64,000 nt of DNA from Burkholderiales bacterium (GTDB lineage Bacteria; Pseudomonadota; Gammaproteobacteria; Burkholderiales; SG8-41), in NCBI GenBank assembly GCA_020854035.1, contig JADZGE010000069.1, forward strand, positions 363 through 64,362, written 5' to 3'. The notes beneath the pieces were generated by a model, which made no database searches, had not been told where the DNA came from, and was given only the letters and a program-made list of their open reading frames with translations. Positions 37,240 to 45,826 of the stretch are shown piece after piece (positions within the stretch are counted from its first letter, which is position 1; every line of letters starts with the position of its first letter). Both the position numbers and the translations under genes were made by a program.

Positions 37240-37920
37240 ATGAGCCCTGGCGTCACCCACGACATGTCGGTGCTGGGCCTGATCACCGGGGCGAGCGTGC
37301 TGGTGCAGCTCGTGATGGCGGGGCTGCTGCTCGCCTCCCTCCTTTCGTGGTACTACATCTTCCTCAAGACCTTCACCTTCAAGCGCGCGACGCGCCTCGC
37401 CGACGAGTTCGAGAAGGATTTTTGGAGTGGCGGCGACCTGAACGAGCTCTACCAGCGGGCGGCAGGCTCCCGCGGCGCGGGAACGCTGGAGCGCGTCTTC
37501 GAGGCGGGGTTCCGCGAGTTCGCGAAGCTGCGCAAGCAGCCCGGGATGGACGTCGCGGTGGTGATGGACGGCACCCGCCGCGCGATGCGCGCCACCTACC
37601 AGCGCGAAATGGAGCGCCTCGAGTCCCATCTCTCCTTCCTCGCCTCGGTCGGCTCGGTGAGTCCCTACGTGGGGCTCTTCGGCACGGTCTGGGGGATCAT
37701 GAATTCGTTCCGGGGCCTCGCCAACGTCGCGCAGGCCACCCTGGGACACGTCGCGCCGGGTATCGCGGAAGCGCTGATCGCCACCGCGATGGGGCTGTTC
37801 GCGGCGATCCCGGCGGTGATCGCCTACAACCGCTTCGCCGGGGACGTGAACCGCCTCGCCACGCGCTTCGATTCGTTCATGGAAGAGTTTTCGAACATAT
37901 TGCAGAGGCAGACGCACTAA
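37240..37920 (+). CDS. tolQ: Tol-Pal system protein TolQ
   Basis: MotA/TolQ/ExbB family, three TM helices, GLFGTVWGIMNSF. Confidence 0.95.
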   Translation: MSPGVTHDMSVLGLITGASVLVQLVMAGLLLASLLSWYYIFLKTFTFKRATRLADEFEKDFWSGGDLNELYQRAAGSRGAGTLERVFEAGFREFAKLRKQPGMDVAVVMDGTRRAMRATYQREMERLESHLSFLASVGSVSPYVGLFGTVWGIMNSFRGLANVAQATLGHVAPGIAEALIATAMGLFAAIPAVIAYNRFAGDVNRLATRFDSFMEEFSNILQRQTH

Positions 37921-37924
37921 GTCT

Positions 37925-37973
37925 GGTGATGGGTGATGGGTGATGGGTGACGAGGGACGCGGGAGGAGGGGCG
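37925..37973. repeat. 7 x 7-nt array, GGTGATG decaying towards the tolR RBS
   Basis: ggtgatg ggtgatg ggtgatg ggtgacg agggacg cgggagg aggggcg. This fills the tolQ-tolR spacer. Confidence 0.9.
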
Positions 37974-37977
37974 AACC

Positions 37978-38400
37978 ATGCTGATTGAACGGCGCAGCGG
38001 TCGCCGCCTGATGAACCAGATCAACGTCGTGCCCTACATCGACGTGATGCTGGTGCTGCTCGTGATCTTCATGGTCACCGCGCCGCTCATCAATCCCGGC
38101 CAGATCGAACTGCCGCAGGTGGGCAAGACCTCGGACCCGCCGGTCCAGCCGATGGAGGTGTCGATACGTGCGGACGGCTCCCTGTGGTTGCGCGATCGCG
38201 CGCGCGCCGGTGACGAGCGCAAGGTCTCGCGCAGCGAGCTTCTTGCCGCGATCCGGCAGAAGCAGAAGATGAATCCCGAGCAGGCCGTCGTGATCGCGGG
38301 CGACAAGGAGGTCCGCTACGAGTCCGTGCTCGAGGTGATGGACATGCTCCAGCAGAACCACGTGCGCAAGGTGGGGCTGCTCGCCAAGCCCCGCCCGTGA
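37978..38400 (+). CDS. tolR: Tol-Pal system protein TolR
   Basis: ExbD/TolR family: NVVPYIDVMLVLLVIFMVTAPL. Confidence 0.9.
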   Translation: MLIERRSGRRLMNQINVVPYIDVMLVLLVIFMVTAPLINPGQIELPQVGKTSDPPVQPMEVSIRADGSLWLRDRARAGDERKVSRSELLAAIRQKQKMNPEQAVVIAGDKEVRYESVLEVMDMLQQNHVRKVGLLAKPRP

Positions 38401-38464
38401 AGCAGGCGGCCGCGCTCCCCGCGGTTTCCAGGGCGCGCGAAGCACCCGGCTACCGAACCTGTCG

Positions 38465-39271
38465 ATGACGGCCGACCCCTTCACCACTGCCCACGAGCGC
38501 GCCGCTTCCGGCGCGCTGGCGGTCGTGACGCATCTCCTTTTCCTCGCGCTCATCGTCTTCGGCGTGACGTGGCAGAAGCGACAGCCCGAGGCGATGGTGG
38601 TGGATCTCTGGAACAACCTGCCGCCGCTCGCCGTGCCGAGGGCGGAACCGGCGCCGGAACCCACGCCCAAGCCCGAGCCGCGGGCGGTGAAGCCCGAGCC
38701 CAGGGCGGAACCGAAGCCGGTCCCCAAGGCGGAACCGAAGGCGGTGCCGAAACCGGTCGCCAAGGCCGAGCCCAAGCCCGCCGTGAAACCCGACATCGCG
38801 TTGCGCGAGAAGAAGGAGCAGGAGCGCAAGGCGGCCGAAGCGGCGCTCGCCGAGAAGAAGCGCCGGGAGCAGGAGCAGGCGCAGGCACAGGCGGCGATGC
38901 AGGCAAAGGAGGCCGCCGAGGCGAGACAGCGCGCCGCGCGGGAGGAGGAGGCGCAGAAGAAGCTCGCCGCGCAGCAGGCAACCGCGCAGGCGAAACTGGT
39001 GGACGAGTACAAGCGGAGGATCGCCGAGCGGATCAAGCGCTTCATCGTCGAGCCGCCCAATCTCCAGGGCAATCCCGAGGTCGAGTTCGATGTCGTGCTG
39101 TTGCCGGGGGGCGAAGTGCTCGGCGTGAAAACCCGCCGGGCGAGCGGCACGGCCTGGGACAACGCGGTCGAGCGCGCCATCCTCAAGGCGCAGCCGCTGC
39201 CGCTGCCGCCCGACCCCACGCTGTTCCGCGAGTTCCGGGAACTAAACCTGAAATTCCGGCCCAAAGAATGA
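38465..39271 (+). CDS. tolA: Tol-Pal system protein TolA
   Basis: N-terminal TM, a Pro/Lys/Glu/Ala-rich central helix (EPKPVPKAEPKAVPKP...) and a TolA C-terminal domain. Lies in tolQR-tolB context. Confidence 0.85.
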   Translation: MTADPFTTAHERAASGALAVVTHLLFLALIVFGVTWQKRQPEAMVVDLWNNLPPLAVPRAEPAPEPTPKPEPRAVKPEPRAEPKPVPKAEPKAVPKPVAKAEPKPAVKPDIALREKKEQERKAAEAALAEKKRREQEQAQAQAAMQAKEAAEARQRAAREEEAQKKLAAQQATAQAKLVDEYKRRIAERIKRFIVEPPNLQGNPEVEFDVVLLPGGEVLGVKTRRASGTAWDNAVERAILKAQPLPLPPDPTLFREFRELNLKFRPKE

Positions 39272-39345
39272 TCGCGGGGGGGGAGCGCCGCGCGCGGCGC
39301 TCCGGAGGCTGAACTTTGGCGTGCCGCCCGGTATAATCATCGGAC

Positions 39346-40650
39346 ATGAGGCTAGTCGAACGGCTCGTGCGGCTCGGCGCGGTTTCGGGCTTCCTGATCG
39401 TTGCGCCGGCGTTCTTCGCCGCATCCGTTCACGCCGCGCTCACCATAGAGATCATCGGCGCGGGCACGAACCAGCTTCCCGTTGCCATCGCCCCGTTTCG
39501 CGCCGAGGAGGGGCTTTCCCAGAAGCTGACGCCGGTCATCGCGGCGGACCTCGCGCGAAGCGGCCTCTTCCGGCTCGTCGATCCGGGTGGAGTCAACCCG
39601 CCGCCGTACCAGCCGGGCGAGGTGGATTTCGGCACCTGGCGCGCGCGGGGGGCCGAGGCGCTCGTGATCGGCGGCGTTTCCCCGCGCGGCGACGGGCGTT
39701 TCGACGTCCAGTTCCGCCTCATGGATACGGTGAAACAGGTCCAGCTCGCCGGCTTTGCCTACACGGCGTCCGCCGCGCAGTTGCGGCTGACCGCCCACAA
39801 GATCGCGGACGTCGTCTACGAGAAGCTGACCGGCGATGCCGGCGTATTCTCCACGCGCATCGTCTACGTCGTGAAGCAGGGTCGCCGCTACGAGCTGCAA
39901 GTCGCGGACGCGGACGGCCACGGCGCGCAGACGATCCTCGCGTCGAACGAGCCCATCATTTCCCCCGCGTGGTCCCCCGACGGCGGGCGGGTCGCCTATG
40001 TCTCCTTCGAGCAGAGGAAGCCGGTCGTCTACGTGCAGTCACTCACCACCGGCGCGCGCCGGGCGGTGGCGAACTTCTGGGGCAGCAACAGCGCGCCCGC
40101 ATGGTCGCCGGACGGCGTGAAGCTCGCGGTGGTGCTCACGAAGGACGGCGGCTCGCAGATCTACCTCATCGGCGCGGACGGGAGCGGCGAGACGCGGCTT
40201 ACCCGCAGCTCGGCGATCGATACCGAGCCCAATTTTTCGCCCGACGGCAAGAGCATCCTCTTCACCTCCGACCGCGGCGGGAGCCCCCAGATCTACCGCA
40301 TGCCGGCGACGGGGGGTCAGCCCGAGCGCGTCACTTTCGAGGGCACCTACAACGTGTCCCCGCGGCACAGCCCCGACGGACGCGGCTTCACGTTCATACA
40401 GCGGAACGGCTCGCGCTTCAACGTGGCGACGCAGGACTTCGCCACGCGGCAGGTGCAAGTGCTGACGGAGGGTGCCGTGGACGAGTCGCCGACGTTCGCG
40501 CCCAACGGCAGGATGATCCTCTATGCGACCGTGGTCCGCGGCCGCGGCATCCTGTCCGCGGTTTCGAGCGATGGCCGGGTGAAGCAGCGGCTCGTATCGG
40601 AGGCCGGCGACGTGCGGGAACCGGCGTGGGGCCCGCTCATGAAGCAGTGA
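39346..40650 (+). CDS. tolB: Tol-Pal system beta-propeller protein TolB
   Basis: Signal peptide and repeated SP(A)WSPDG propeller blades. Confidence 0.95.
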   Translation: MRLVERLVRLGAVSGFLIVAPAFFAASVHAALTIEIIGAGTNQLPVAIAPFRAEEGLSQKLTPVIAADLARSGLFRLVDPGGVNPPPYQPGEVDFGTWRARGAEALVIGGVSPRGDGRFDVQFRLMDTVKQVQLAGFAYTASAAQLRLTAHKIADVVYEKLTGDAGVFSTRIVYVVKQGRRYELQVADADGHGAQTILASNEPIISPAWSPDGGRVAYVSFEQRKPVVYVQSLTTGARRAVANFWGSNSAPAWSPDGVKLAVVLTKDGGSQIYLIGADGSGETRLTRSSAIDTEPNFSPDGKSILFTSDRGGSPQIYRMPATGGQPERVTFEGTYNVSPRHSPDGRGFTFIQRNGSRFNVATQDFATRQVQVLTEGAVDESPTFAPNGRMILYATVVRGRGILSAVSSDGRVKQRLVSEAGDVREPAWGPLMKQ

Positions 40651-40669
40651 ACCGCAAGGAGACCGACAC

Positions 40670-41242
40670 ATGAAACAACTCGCGATGACGGCATTGAGCG
40701 TGGTCTTCCTCGTCGGGCTGGCTGCTTGCAGCAGCACGCCGACAAAGGAGCAGGAGGGCGCCGCGGTCGAGGACCGCAAGCCCGACGCGGGCCCGCCGCC
40801 GGTGGTCGTCGACCGCCCGCCGGTGAGGCCGGTCGACCCGGCGGCGGCGAAGGGGCTGAAGACCGACTCCTTTGCGGGGAGCCCGCTGCGCGATCCGAAG
40901 AACATCCTGTCCAAGCGCAGCATCTTCTTCGATTACGACAGCAACCTCGTGAAGGAGGAGTACAAGCCGATCGTCGCGGCCCACGCCCGCTATCTGCAGC
41001 AACACGCCGCAACGAAGATGCGAATCGAGGGTAACGCGGACGAGCGCGGGAGCCGCGAGTACAACCTCGCGCTCGGCCAGCGGCGCGCGGACGCGGTGAA
41101 GCAGATGATGCAGATCCTGGGCGCCAAGGCGAACCAGGTGGAGACGGTGAGCTTCGGCGAGGAGAAGCCGCGCTGCAACGAGTCGAGCGAATCATGCTGG
41201 GCCCAGAACCGGCGCGGGGACATCGTCTACCAGGGCGAATGA
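40670..41242 (+). CDS. pal: peptidoglycan-associated lipoprotein Pal
   Basis: Lipobox LAAC and the OmpA-like motif NADERGSREYNLALGQRRA. Confidence 0.95.
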   Translation: MKQLAMTALSVVFLVGLAACSSTPTKEQEGAAVEDRKPDAGPPPVVVDRPPVRPVDPAAAKGLKTDSFAGSPLRDPKNILSKRSIFFDYDSNLVKEEYKPIVAAHARYLQQHAATKMRIEGNADERGSREYNLALGQRRADAVKQMMQILGAKANQVETVSFGEEKPRCNESSESCWAQNRRGDIVYQGE

Positions 41243-41255
41243 CCCCGGGCGACGA

Positions 41256-42107
41256 GTGACGGGCAGGACCGTGCGGCGGGTCGCGCTGTCGCTGCTCTGC
41301 GCCGGGGCCCTCGCGGGCCCGGCGCAGGCGCAGCTCTTCGGCGGCGATGAACTCGCGCGCAAGCAGATCGCCGAGCAGGGCCGGCGCATCGACGCGCTGA
41401 AGGAACAGAACGACGCGCTCGCGGCGCGGCTCGCGCGTATCGAGGACGCCATGAAGTCGCTCGCCTCCTCCAGCTCCGGTTTCGAACTCGCGCAGCAGCT
41501 GGAGCTGCTGCGCACGGAGTTGCGGCAGATGCGCGGGCAGATCGAGGTGCTGGGCAACGACGTGCAGCAGAGCGCCCGGCGGCAGCGCGACATGTACGTC
41601 GATCTCGACGGGAGGCTCAAGCGTCTCGAGCAGTCCGGGCCTGCGGCCGCGGGCACACCCGCTGCGGGCGCGGCGCCCGCCGCCGTGGCATCCGCGAAGC
41701 CACCGGCCCCCGGAGCGCCCGCCGCGGCGCCGCCCGCCGAGGCGGGCGCGTACGAGGCGGCGCAGGGCCAGCGGCGCATCGGCAACTACCAGGGCGCGAT
41801 CGCGGGATTCCAGCACTTCGTCGCGCAGTATCCGAAGAGCACGCTCGCGCCGCGGGCGCAGTACTGGATCGGCGACTCCTACTACAACCTGCGCGATTTC
41901 AAGAACGCGATCGCGAGCCAGAACCGGCTGATCGCGACCTATCCCGAGAGCTCCTCCGTGCCGGACGCGCTGCTCAATATCGCGAGCTGCCAGATCGAAC
42001 TCGGCGACACGGTGGGCGCGCGGCGCACCATGGACGGCCTCGTGACCCGCTACCCCGCGAGCGAGGCGGCGGAGAAAGCGAAGCGGCGGCTCGCCACCCT
42101 CAAGTGA
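41256..42107 (+). CDS. cpoB: cell division coordinator CpoB (YbgF)
   Basis: GTG start, a coiled-coil N-terminal region and a C-terminal TPR-like domain (YWIGDSYYNLRDFKNA). Confidence 0.9.
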   Translation: MTGRTVRRVALSLLCAGALAGPAQAQLFGGDELARKQIAEQGRRIDALKEQNDALAARLARIEDAMKSLASSSSGFELAQQLELLRTELRQMRGQIEVLGNDVQQSARRQRDMYVDLDGRLKRLEQSGPAAAGTPAAGAAPAAVASAKPPAPGAPAAAPPAEAGAYEAAQGQRRIGNYQGAIAGFQHFVAQYPKSTLAPRAQYWIGDSYYNLRDFKNAIASQNRLIATYPESSSVPDALLNIASCQIELGDTVGARRTMDGLVTRYPASEAAEKAKRRLATLK

Positions 42108-42138
42108 TGGGTGATGAGCGGTGGGCGACCGGTGACGC
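42104..42138. repeat. 5 x 7-nt array (GTGATGG-like) starting on the cpoB stop codon
   Basis: gtgatgg gtgatga gcggtgg gcgaccg gtgacgc. The cpoB TGA is nt 2-4 of the first unit. Confidence 0.85.
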
Positions 42139-42226
42139 CGGAATTCGAGCGCCCAGTCCGTCGCGAGTCGCCGAACATGAGGTCACGCACCAAGCGACTG
42201 CGGCTGTCCGCTTCCGTTAGCCCGCG

Positions 42227-42907
42227 ATGACCGATCTCGCAGTCGTGCTGCTCTCGGGTGGGCTCGATTCCGCGACGACGCTCGCCATCGCGCGCAGAGA
42301 GGGCTATGCCTGCCACTGCCTCACTGTCGACTACGGCCAGCGCCACCGCCCGGAACTCGGGGCGGCCGCCCGGGTGGCCGACGCGCTCGGCGCGGCCGAG
42401 CACCGGGTGATCTCGCTCGATCTTGCGGCATTCGGCGGCTCGGCGCTCACGGACCCGGCCATCGCGGTCCCGCCGGGCCCGACGGCGGGAATACCGGTCA
42501 CCTACGTCCCGGCGCGCAACACCGTGTTCCTCTCCCTCGCCCTTGCGTGGGCGGAGGTCCTTGACGCACGGTCGATCTGGTTCGGCGCGAACGCCGTGGA
42601 TTATTCCGGCTATCCCGACTGCCGCCCCGAGTACATGCGAGCGTTCGAAACGCTCGCCAACCTGGCGACGAAGGCGGCGGTCGAGGGCCGCCGGATCGCG
42701 TTGCGGACCCCCATCATCGATCTCAGCAAGGCGGAGATCATCCGGCGCGGCACCGCGCTCGGGGTGGACTACGGCATGACGCTTTCCTGCTACCAGCCGG
42801 ACGCGGAGGCCGGGGCGTGCGGCGTGTGCGATGCGTGCCGGTTGCGACGGGCGGGTTTCGCGGCGGCGGGTGTGCCGGATCCGACGCGCTACGCGGGAAA
42901 GGCGTGA
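42227..42907 (+). CDS. queC: 7-cyano-7-deazaguanine synthase
   Basis: PP-loop VLLSGGLDS and the C-terminal cysteine cluster [10 protein letters not shown]. Confidence 0.95.
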   Translation: MTDLAVVLLSGGLDSATTLAIARREGYACHCLTVDYGQRHRPELGAAARVADALGAAEHRVISLDLAAFGGSALTDPAIAVPPGPTAGIPVTYVPARNTVFLSLALAWAEVLDARSIWFGANAVDYSGYPDCRPEYMRAFETLANLATKAAVEGRRIALRTPIIDLSKAEIIRRGTALGVDYGMTLSCYQPDAEAGACGVCDACRLRRAGFAAAGVPDPTRYAGKA

Positions 42908-42942
42908 CCGGAGACTCGGGACCGGAGGCGGGAGACGGGCGG
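42908..42942. repeat. 5 x 7-nt array (CGGGAGA-like) starting right after the queC stop
   Basis: ccggaga ctcggga ccggagg cgggaga cgggcgg. Confidence 0.75.
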
Positions 42943-43052
42943 GCCCGGTTTGTCACCGCCTGGTGTTCGCCCGCCAGTGTGGCTTGCTCCTCTCCCTGCT
43001 GTCGCCTTTCGCCTCCCCCTGCGGATTGGTAGAATTCGCAGCCTTTCACTTG

Positions 43053-43098
43053 ATGAATTCGTGACGCGCCACGAACCCCTGGCGCGTCACGAATTCAT
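43053..43098. repeat. perfect 19-bp inverted repeat (8-nt loop) abutting the tRNA-Lys 5' end
   Basis: atgaattcgtgacgcgcca (43053-43071) and tggcgcgtcacgaattcat (43080-43098). tRNA position +1 is 43099. Confidence 0.9.
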
Positions 43099-43173
43099 GG
43101 GCGGTTAGCTCAGGGGTAGAGCAGCGGACTTTTAATCCGTTGGTCGGGGGTTCAAATCCCCCACCGCCTACCA
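43099..43173 (+). tRNA. tRNA-Lys (anticodon TTT), CCA encoded
   Basis: Cloverleaf folded by hand: acceptor GGGCGGT/ACCGCCT, D arm GCTC..GAGC, anticodon arm GCGGA-CTTTTAA-TCCGT, T arm GGGGG-TTCAAAT-CCCCC, then ACCA. Confidence 0.9.
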
Positions 43174-43494
43174 GAACAATGCCGGCCGATGCCGCCATGT
43201 TTCTGGATGCTGGAGACCTGGCGCTCGGGCCGATCCATCCATTGCGCCGGGCCGCATCGCTTCGGTCCCGGCTCTCCCTGTCGTCTCGTGGCGACGCGGC
43301 GGAAACCTTCGGCGGGTCTGGCAGCACAAGTACCCGGCTATTCAGCGGAATTCTTCGCCTCTTGACCTGTCCTATGTGATCCGGAGCCCGGCGGAAGCCG
43401 GGATCCGGATACCTTTTGTAACAATTTGCACAGCACGGATACAGCACCCTTAGCTACCATCGCCCATGTAGCGTCAGGCTTGCGAGGCAGGGCC

Positions 43495-43914
43495 ATGAAA
43501 GCCGTCAAGGCGTCCGTTCTTTCCGTGATCGCGCTGGTGGGGTTCGCGCTCGCCGCGGAAGCGTTCGCGCACGGGCGCGGCTACTACTACCCGCGCCACC
43601 GGAGCAGCGTCAGCATCGGTATCGGGGTCGGCGTGCCGGGATACTGGTACGGGGCGCCCTACTACCGGCCGTACTATCGCCCCTACTACGGCTATCCGTA
43701 CTACGGTTATCCCTATTACGCTCCAGCGGTGGTCGTTCCCTCCGCTCCGCCCGTCTATATCGAGCAAGGGCAGCCCGCTCCGTCGGCGGCCGCGCCGGCC
43801 GCCCCCTCGGAAGCGTACTGGTATTTCTGCGCCGAGTCGCACGCCTACTATCCCTACGTGAAGGAGTGCGCCGGTCCGTGGCAGCGGGTGTCGCCGCTGC
43901 CGCCGCCGTCGTGA
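43495..43914 (+). CDS. small secreted Tyr/Pro-rich protein with a conserved Cys-containing C-terminal motif
   Basis: Signal peptide, a low-complexity YYRPYYRPYYGYPYYGYPYY region, and the C-terminal YWYFCAESHAYYPYVKECAGPWQRV. Confidence 0.6.
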   Translation: MKAVKASVLSVIALVGFALAAEAFAHGRGYYYPRHRSSVSIGIGVGVPGYWYGAPYYRPYYRPYYGYPYYGYPYYAPAVVVPSAPPVYIEQGQPAPSAAAPAAPSEAYWYFCAESHAYYPYVKECAGPWQRVSPLPPPS

Positions 43915-43925
43915 GCGGGTCCCGC

Positions 43926-44486
43926 ATGATCTCCGCATCGAGAACTTTCGCCCCGCTGCTGGCCCTGCTCATCGGTGGCTGCGTGACGGTGCCGACCGGC
44001 CCGAGCGTGATGGTCCTGCCGGGCACCGGCAAGAGCTTCGATCGGTTCCGCGCGGATGAATCCGTGTGCCGCCAGTATGCCTACGAGAGCATCGGCGGCC
44101 AGACCGCGGCGGGCGTGCAGCAGGATGCCGCGGTGAAGAGCGCGGTCATCGGGACGGTCCTCGGGGCCGCCGCCGGTGCGGCGCTCGGCGGCCATTCGCA
44201 GGATGCGGCGATCGGTGCCGGCGTCGGCCTGCTGACGGGGAGCCTCGCCGGGGCGAGCGCCGGCAACCTGTCCGCATACGAGGCGCAGTACCGCTACGAC
44301 ATCGCTTACACGCAGTGCATGTACTCCAAAGGCCACCGCGTGCCGGTTTCGCGCGGCTACACCGCGCCGGCGGGCGAGCGGCAGGATGCTCCGGCCCAGC
44401 GCGGCTACTCCATCCCGCCGCCCCCGCCGCCGGGCACGCCGCCGCCCCCGCCGCCAGGCGTCGCTCCACCGCGCCCGGCTTCCTGA
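43926..44486 (+). CDS. glycine-zipper lipoprotein with a polyproline tail
   Basis: Lipobox LIGGC, glycine zipper GTVLGAAAGAALGG...GAGVGLLTGSLAGASAG, YDIAYTQCM, and a PPPPPPGTPPPPPPG tail. Confidence 0.7.
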   Translation: MISASRTFAPLLALLIGGCVTVPTGPSVMVLPGTGKSFDRFRADESVCRQYAYESIGGQTAAGVQQDAAVKSAVIGTVLGAAAGAALGGHSQDAAIGAGVGLLTGSLAGASAGNLSAYEAQYRYDIAYTQCMYSKGHRVPVSRGYTAPAGERQDAPAQRGYSIPPPPPPGTPPPPPPGVAPPRPAS

Positions 44487-44664
44487 GTTCCCGCCGCCAC
44501 GACGTGCGCCGGCGTCCGCGCCGCGCGCGCGCGCTTCTCGTGTCCGATGCGCGCGACAATCCGCCGCCGCTCCGCCGTCTCGCGCCCTGTCCCGGCGCGA
44601 ATCGCCTCCGCGCCACGCTGTGGTATCGTGCGCGACTGTTTCGAGGAGGAAAGGAGCATCGAAC

Positions 44665-45648
44665 ATGCTGAAAGCGGCGATCTACGGCCTCGGCCGCTGG
44701 GGCAGCACGCTGGTGGACTCGGTGAAGGACAGCCGGAAGTTCCGCTTCGTCAGGGGGATTTCACGCAATCCCGCGAATCACGAGGAGTTCTCGAAGTCGG
44801 CCGGGATCAGGATCGTGTCGTCGTACGGGCGCGTGCTGAAGGATCCCGGGATCGACGCCGTCGTGCTGGCAACCCCGCACTCGCTGCACCCGAAGCAGAT
44901 CATGCAGGCGGCGAAGGCCGGCAAGCACGTCTTCGTCGAGAAGCCGATGACGTTGACGCGCAAGAGCGCGGAGAAAGCGGTCGAGGCCTGCCGCGCCGCT
45001 GGCGTGACCCTCGGCGTCGGGTTCAACCGTCGCCACGCTCCGGCGATCGTCGAGATGGTGCGCCGCATCCGCGCGGGCGAGATCGGCGATGTGCTGCACG
45101 TGGAGGGCGCGCATTCCGGATCGACGGGCTATCGTCTTGGCACGCAGAGCGCCTGGCGCGCGACGCGCGAGGAAGCGCCCGGCGGCGGCATGACCGCGCG
45201 CGGCATCCACGCGCTCGACGCGATGATCCAGATCGCGGGGCTCGTCACCAGCGTCTACGCGTTCAGCGACCGGCGCAAGATGCCCGAGCCGCAGTTCACG
45301 ATGGACGACACGACCACAATGCTGCTAAGGCACGCGAGCGGCGCGACCGGCTATCTCAGCACGATTTTCGTGACGGGCGAGTTCTGGCGCGTGCACGCCT
45401 TCGGCTCGAAGGGATGGATCGAGTCGCGCGGGGACACCGACCTCGCGATCCGCGGCCTCGACGGCGCTCCGCAGAGGATCGCGCTCGACGCCGTGAACAA
45501 GGAGCAGGCGGAACTGGAGGCGTTCGCGGACGCGGTCGCGGCGAAGCGGCCGTTCGTCGTGCCGGCCGACGAGGCGGTGAACAGCGTGGCGGTGCTCGAG
45601 GCGATCGTCGCGTCGGCGGCGAAGGGACGCCCTGTCGCGATTCGGTGA
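44665..45648 (+). CDS. Gfo/Idh/MocA family oxidoreductase
   Basis: ATG at 44665. Rossmann N-terminus IYGLGRWG and the FVEKPM motif. Confidence 0.9.
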   Translation: MLKAAIYGLGRWGSTLVDSVKDSRKFRFVRGISRNPANHEEFSKSAGIRIVSSYGRVLKDPGIDAVVLATPHSLHPKQIMQAAKAGKHVFVEKPMTLTRKSAEKAVEACRAAGVTLGVGFNRRHAPAIVEMVRRIRAGEIGDVLHVEGAHSGSTGYRLGTQSAWRATREEAPGGGMTARGIHALDAMIQIAGLVTSVYAFSDRRKMPEPQFTMDDTTTMLLRHASGATGYLSTIFVTGEFWRVHAFGSKGWIESRGDTDLAIRGLDGAPQRIALDAVNKEQAELEAFADAVAAKRPFVVPADEAVNSVAVLEAIVASAAKGRPVAIR

Positions 45649-45710
45649 CCCGCCGCGCGGTCCCGACCCGGTCGCGCCCCGGGAGGAAAGGGGAACCGCT
45701 CGCCATCCGA

Positions 45711-45752
45711 GCCGCCAGCGGTCGGCCGCCAGCGGCAAGCAGCCGGAGCCGG
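45711..45752. repeat. 14-nt tandem repeat x2-3
   Basis: gccgccagcggtcg gccgccagcggcaa gcagccggagccgg. Confidence 0.7.
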
Positions 45753-45826
45753 CACCGCGCGCCAATGGCTGCGAACTGGCGGCGGACATCTGACGGCTGC
45801 CGGCTCTTGGGCGGCGTGGCCGCCGC

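Noticed and set aside
43099-44486. Integrated element at tRNA-Lys.
   Set aside because: There is no integrase, no tRNA 3'-end direct repeat that I could find, and no composition shift. The two downstream genes look like resident envelope protein genes.
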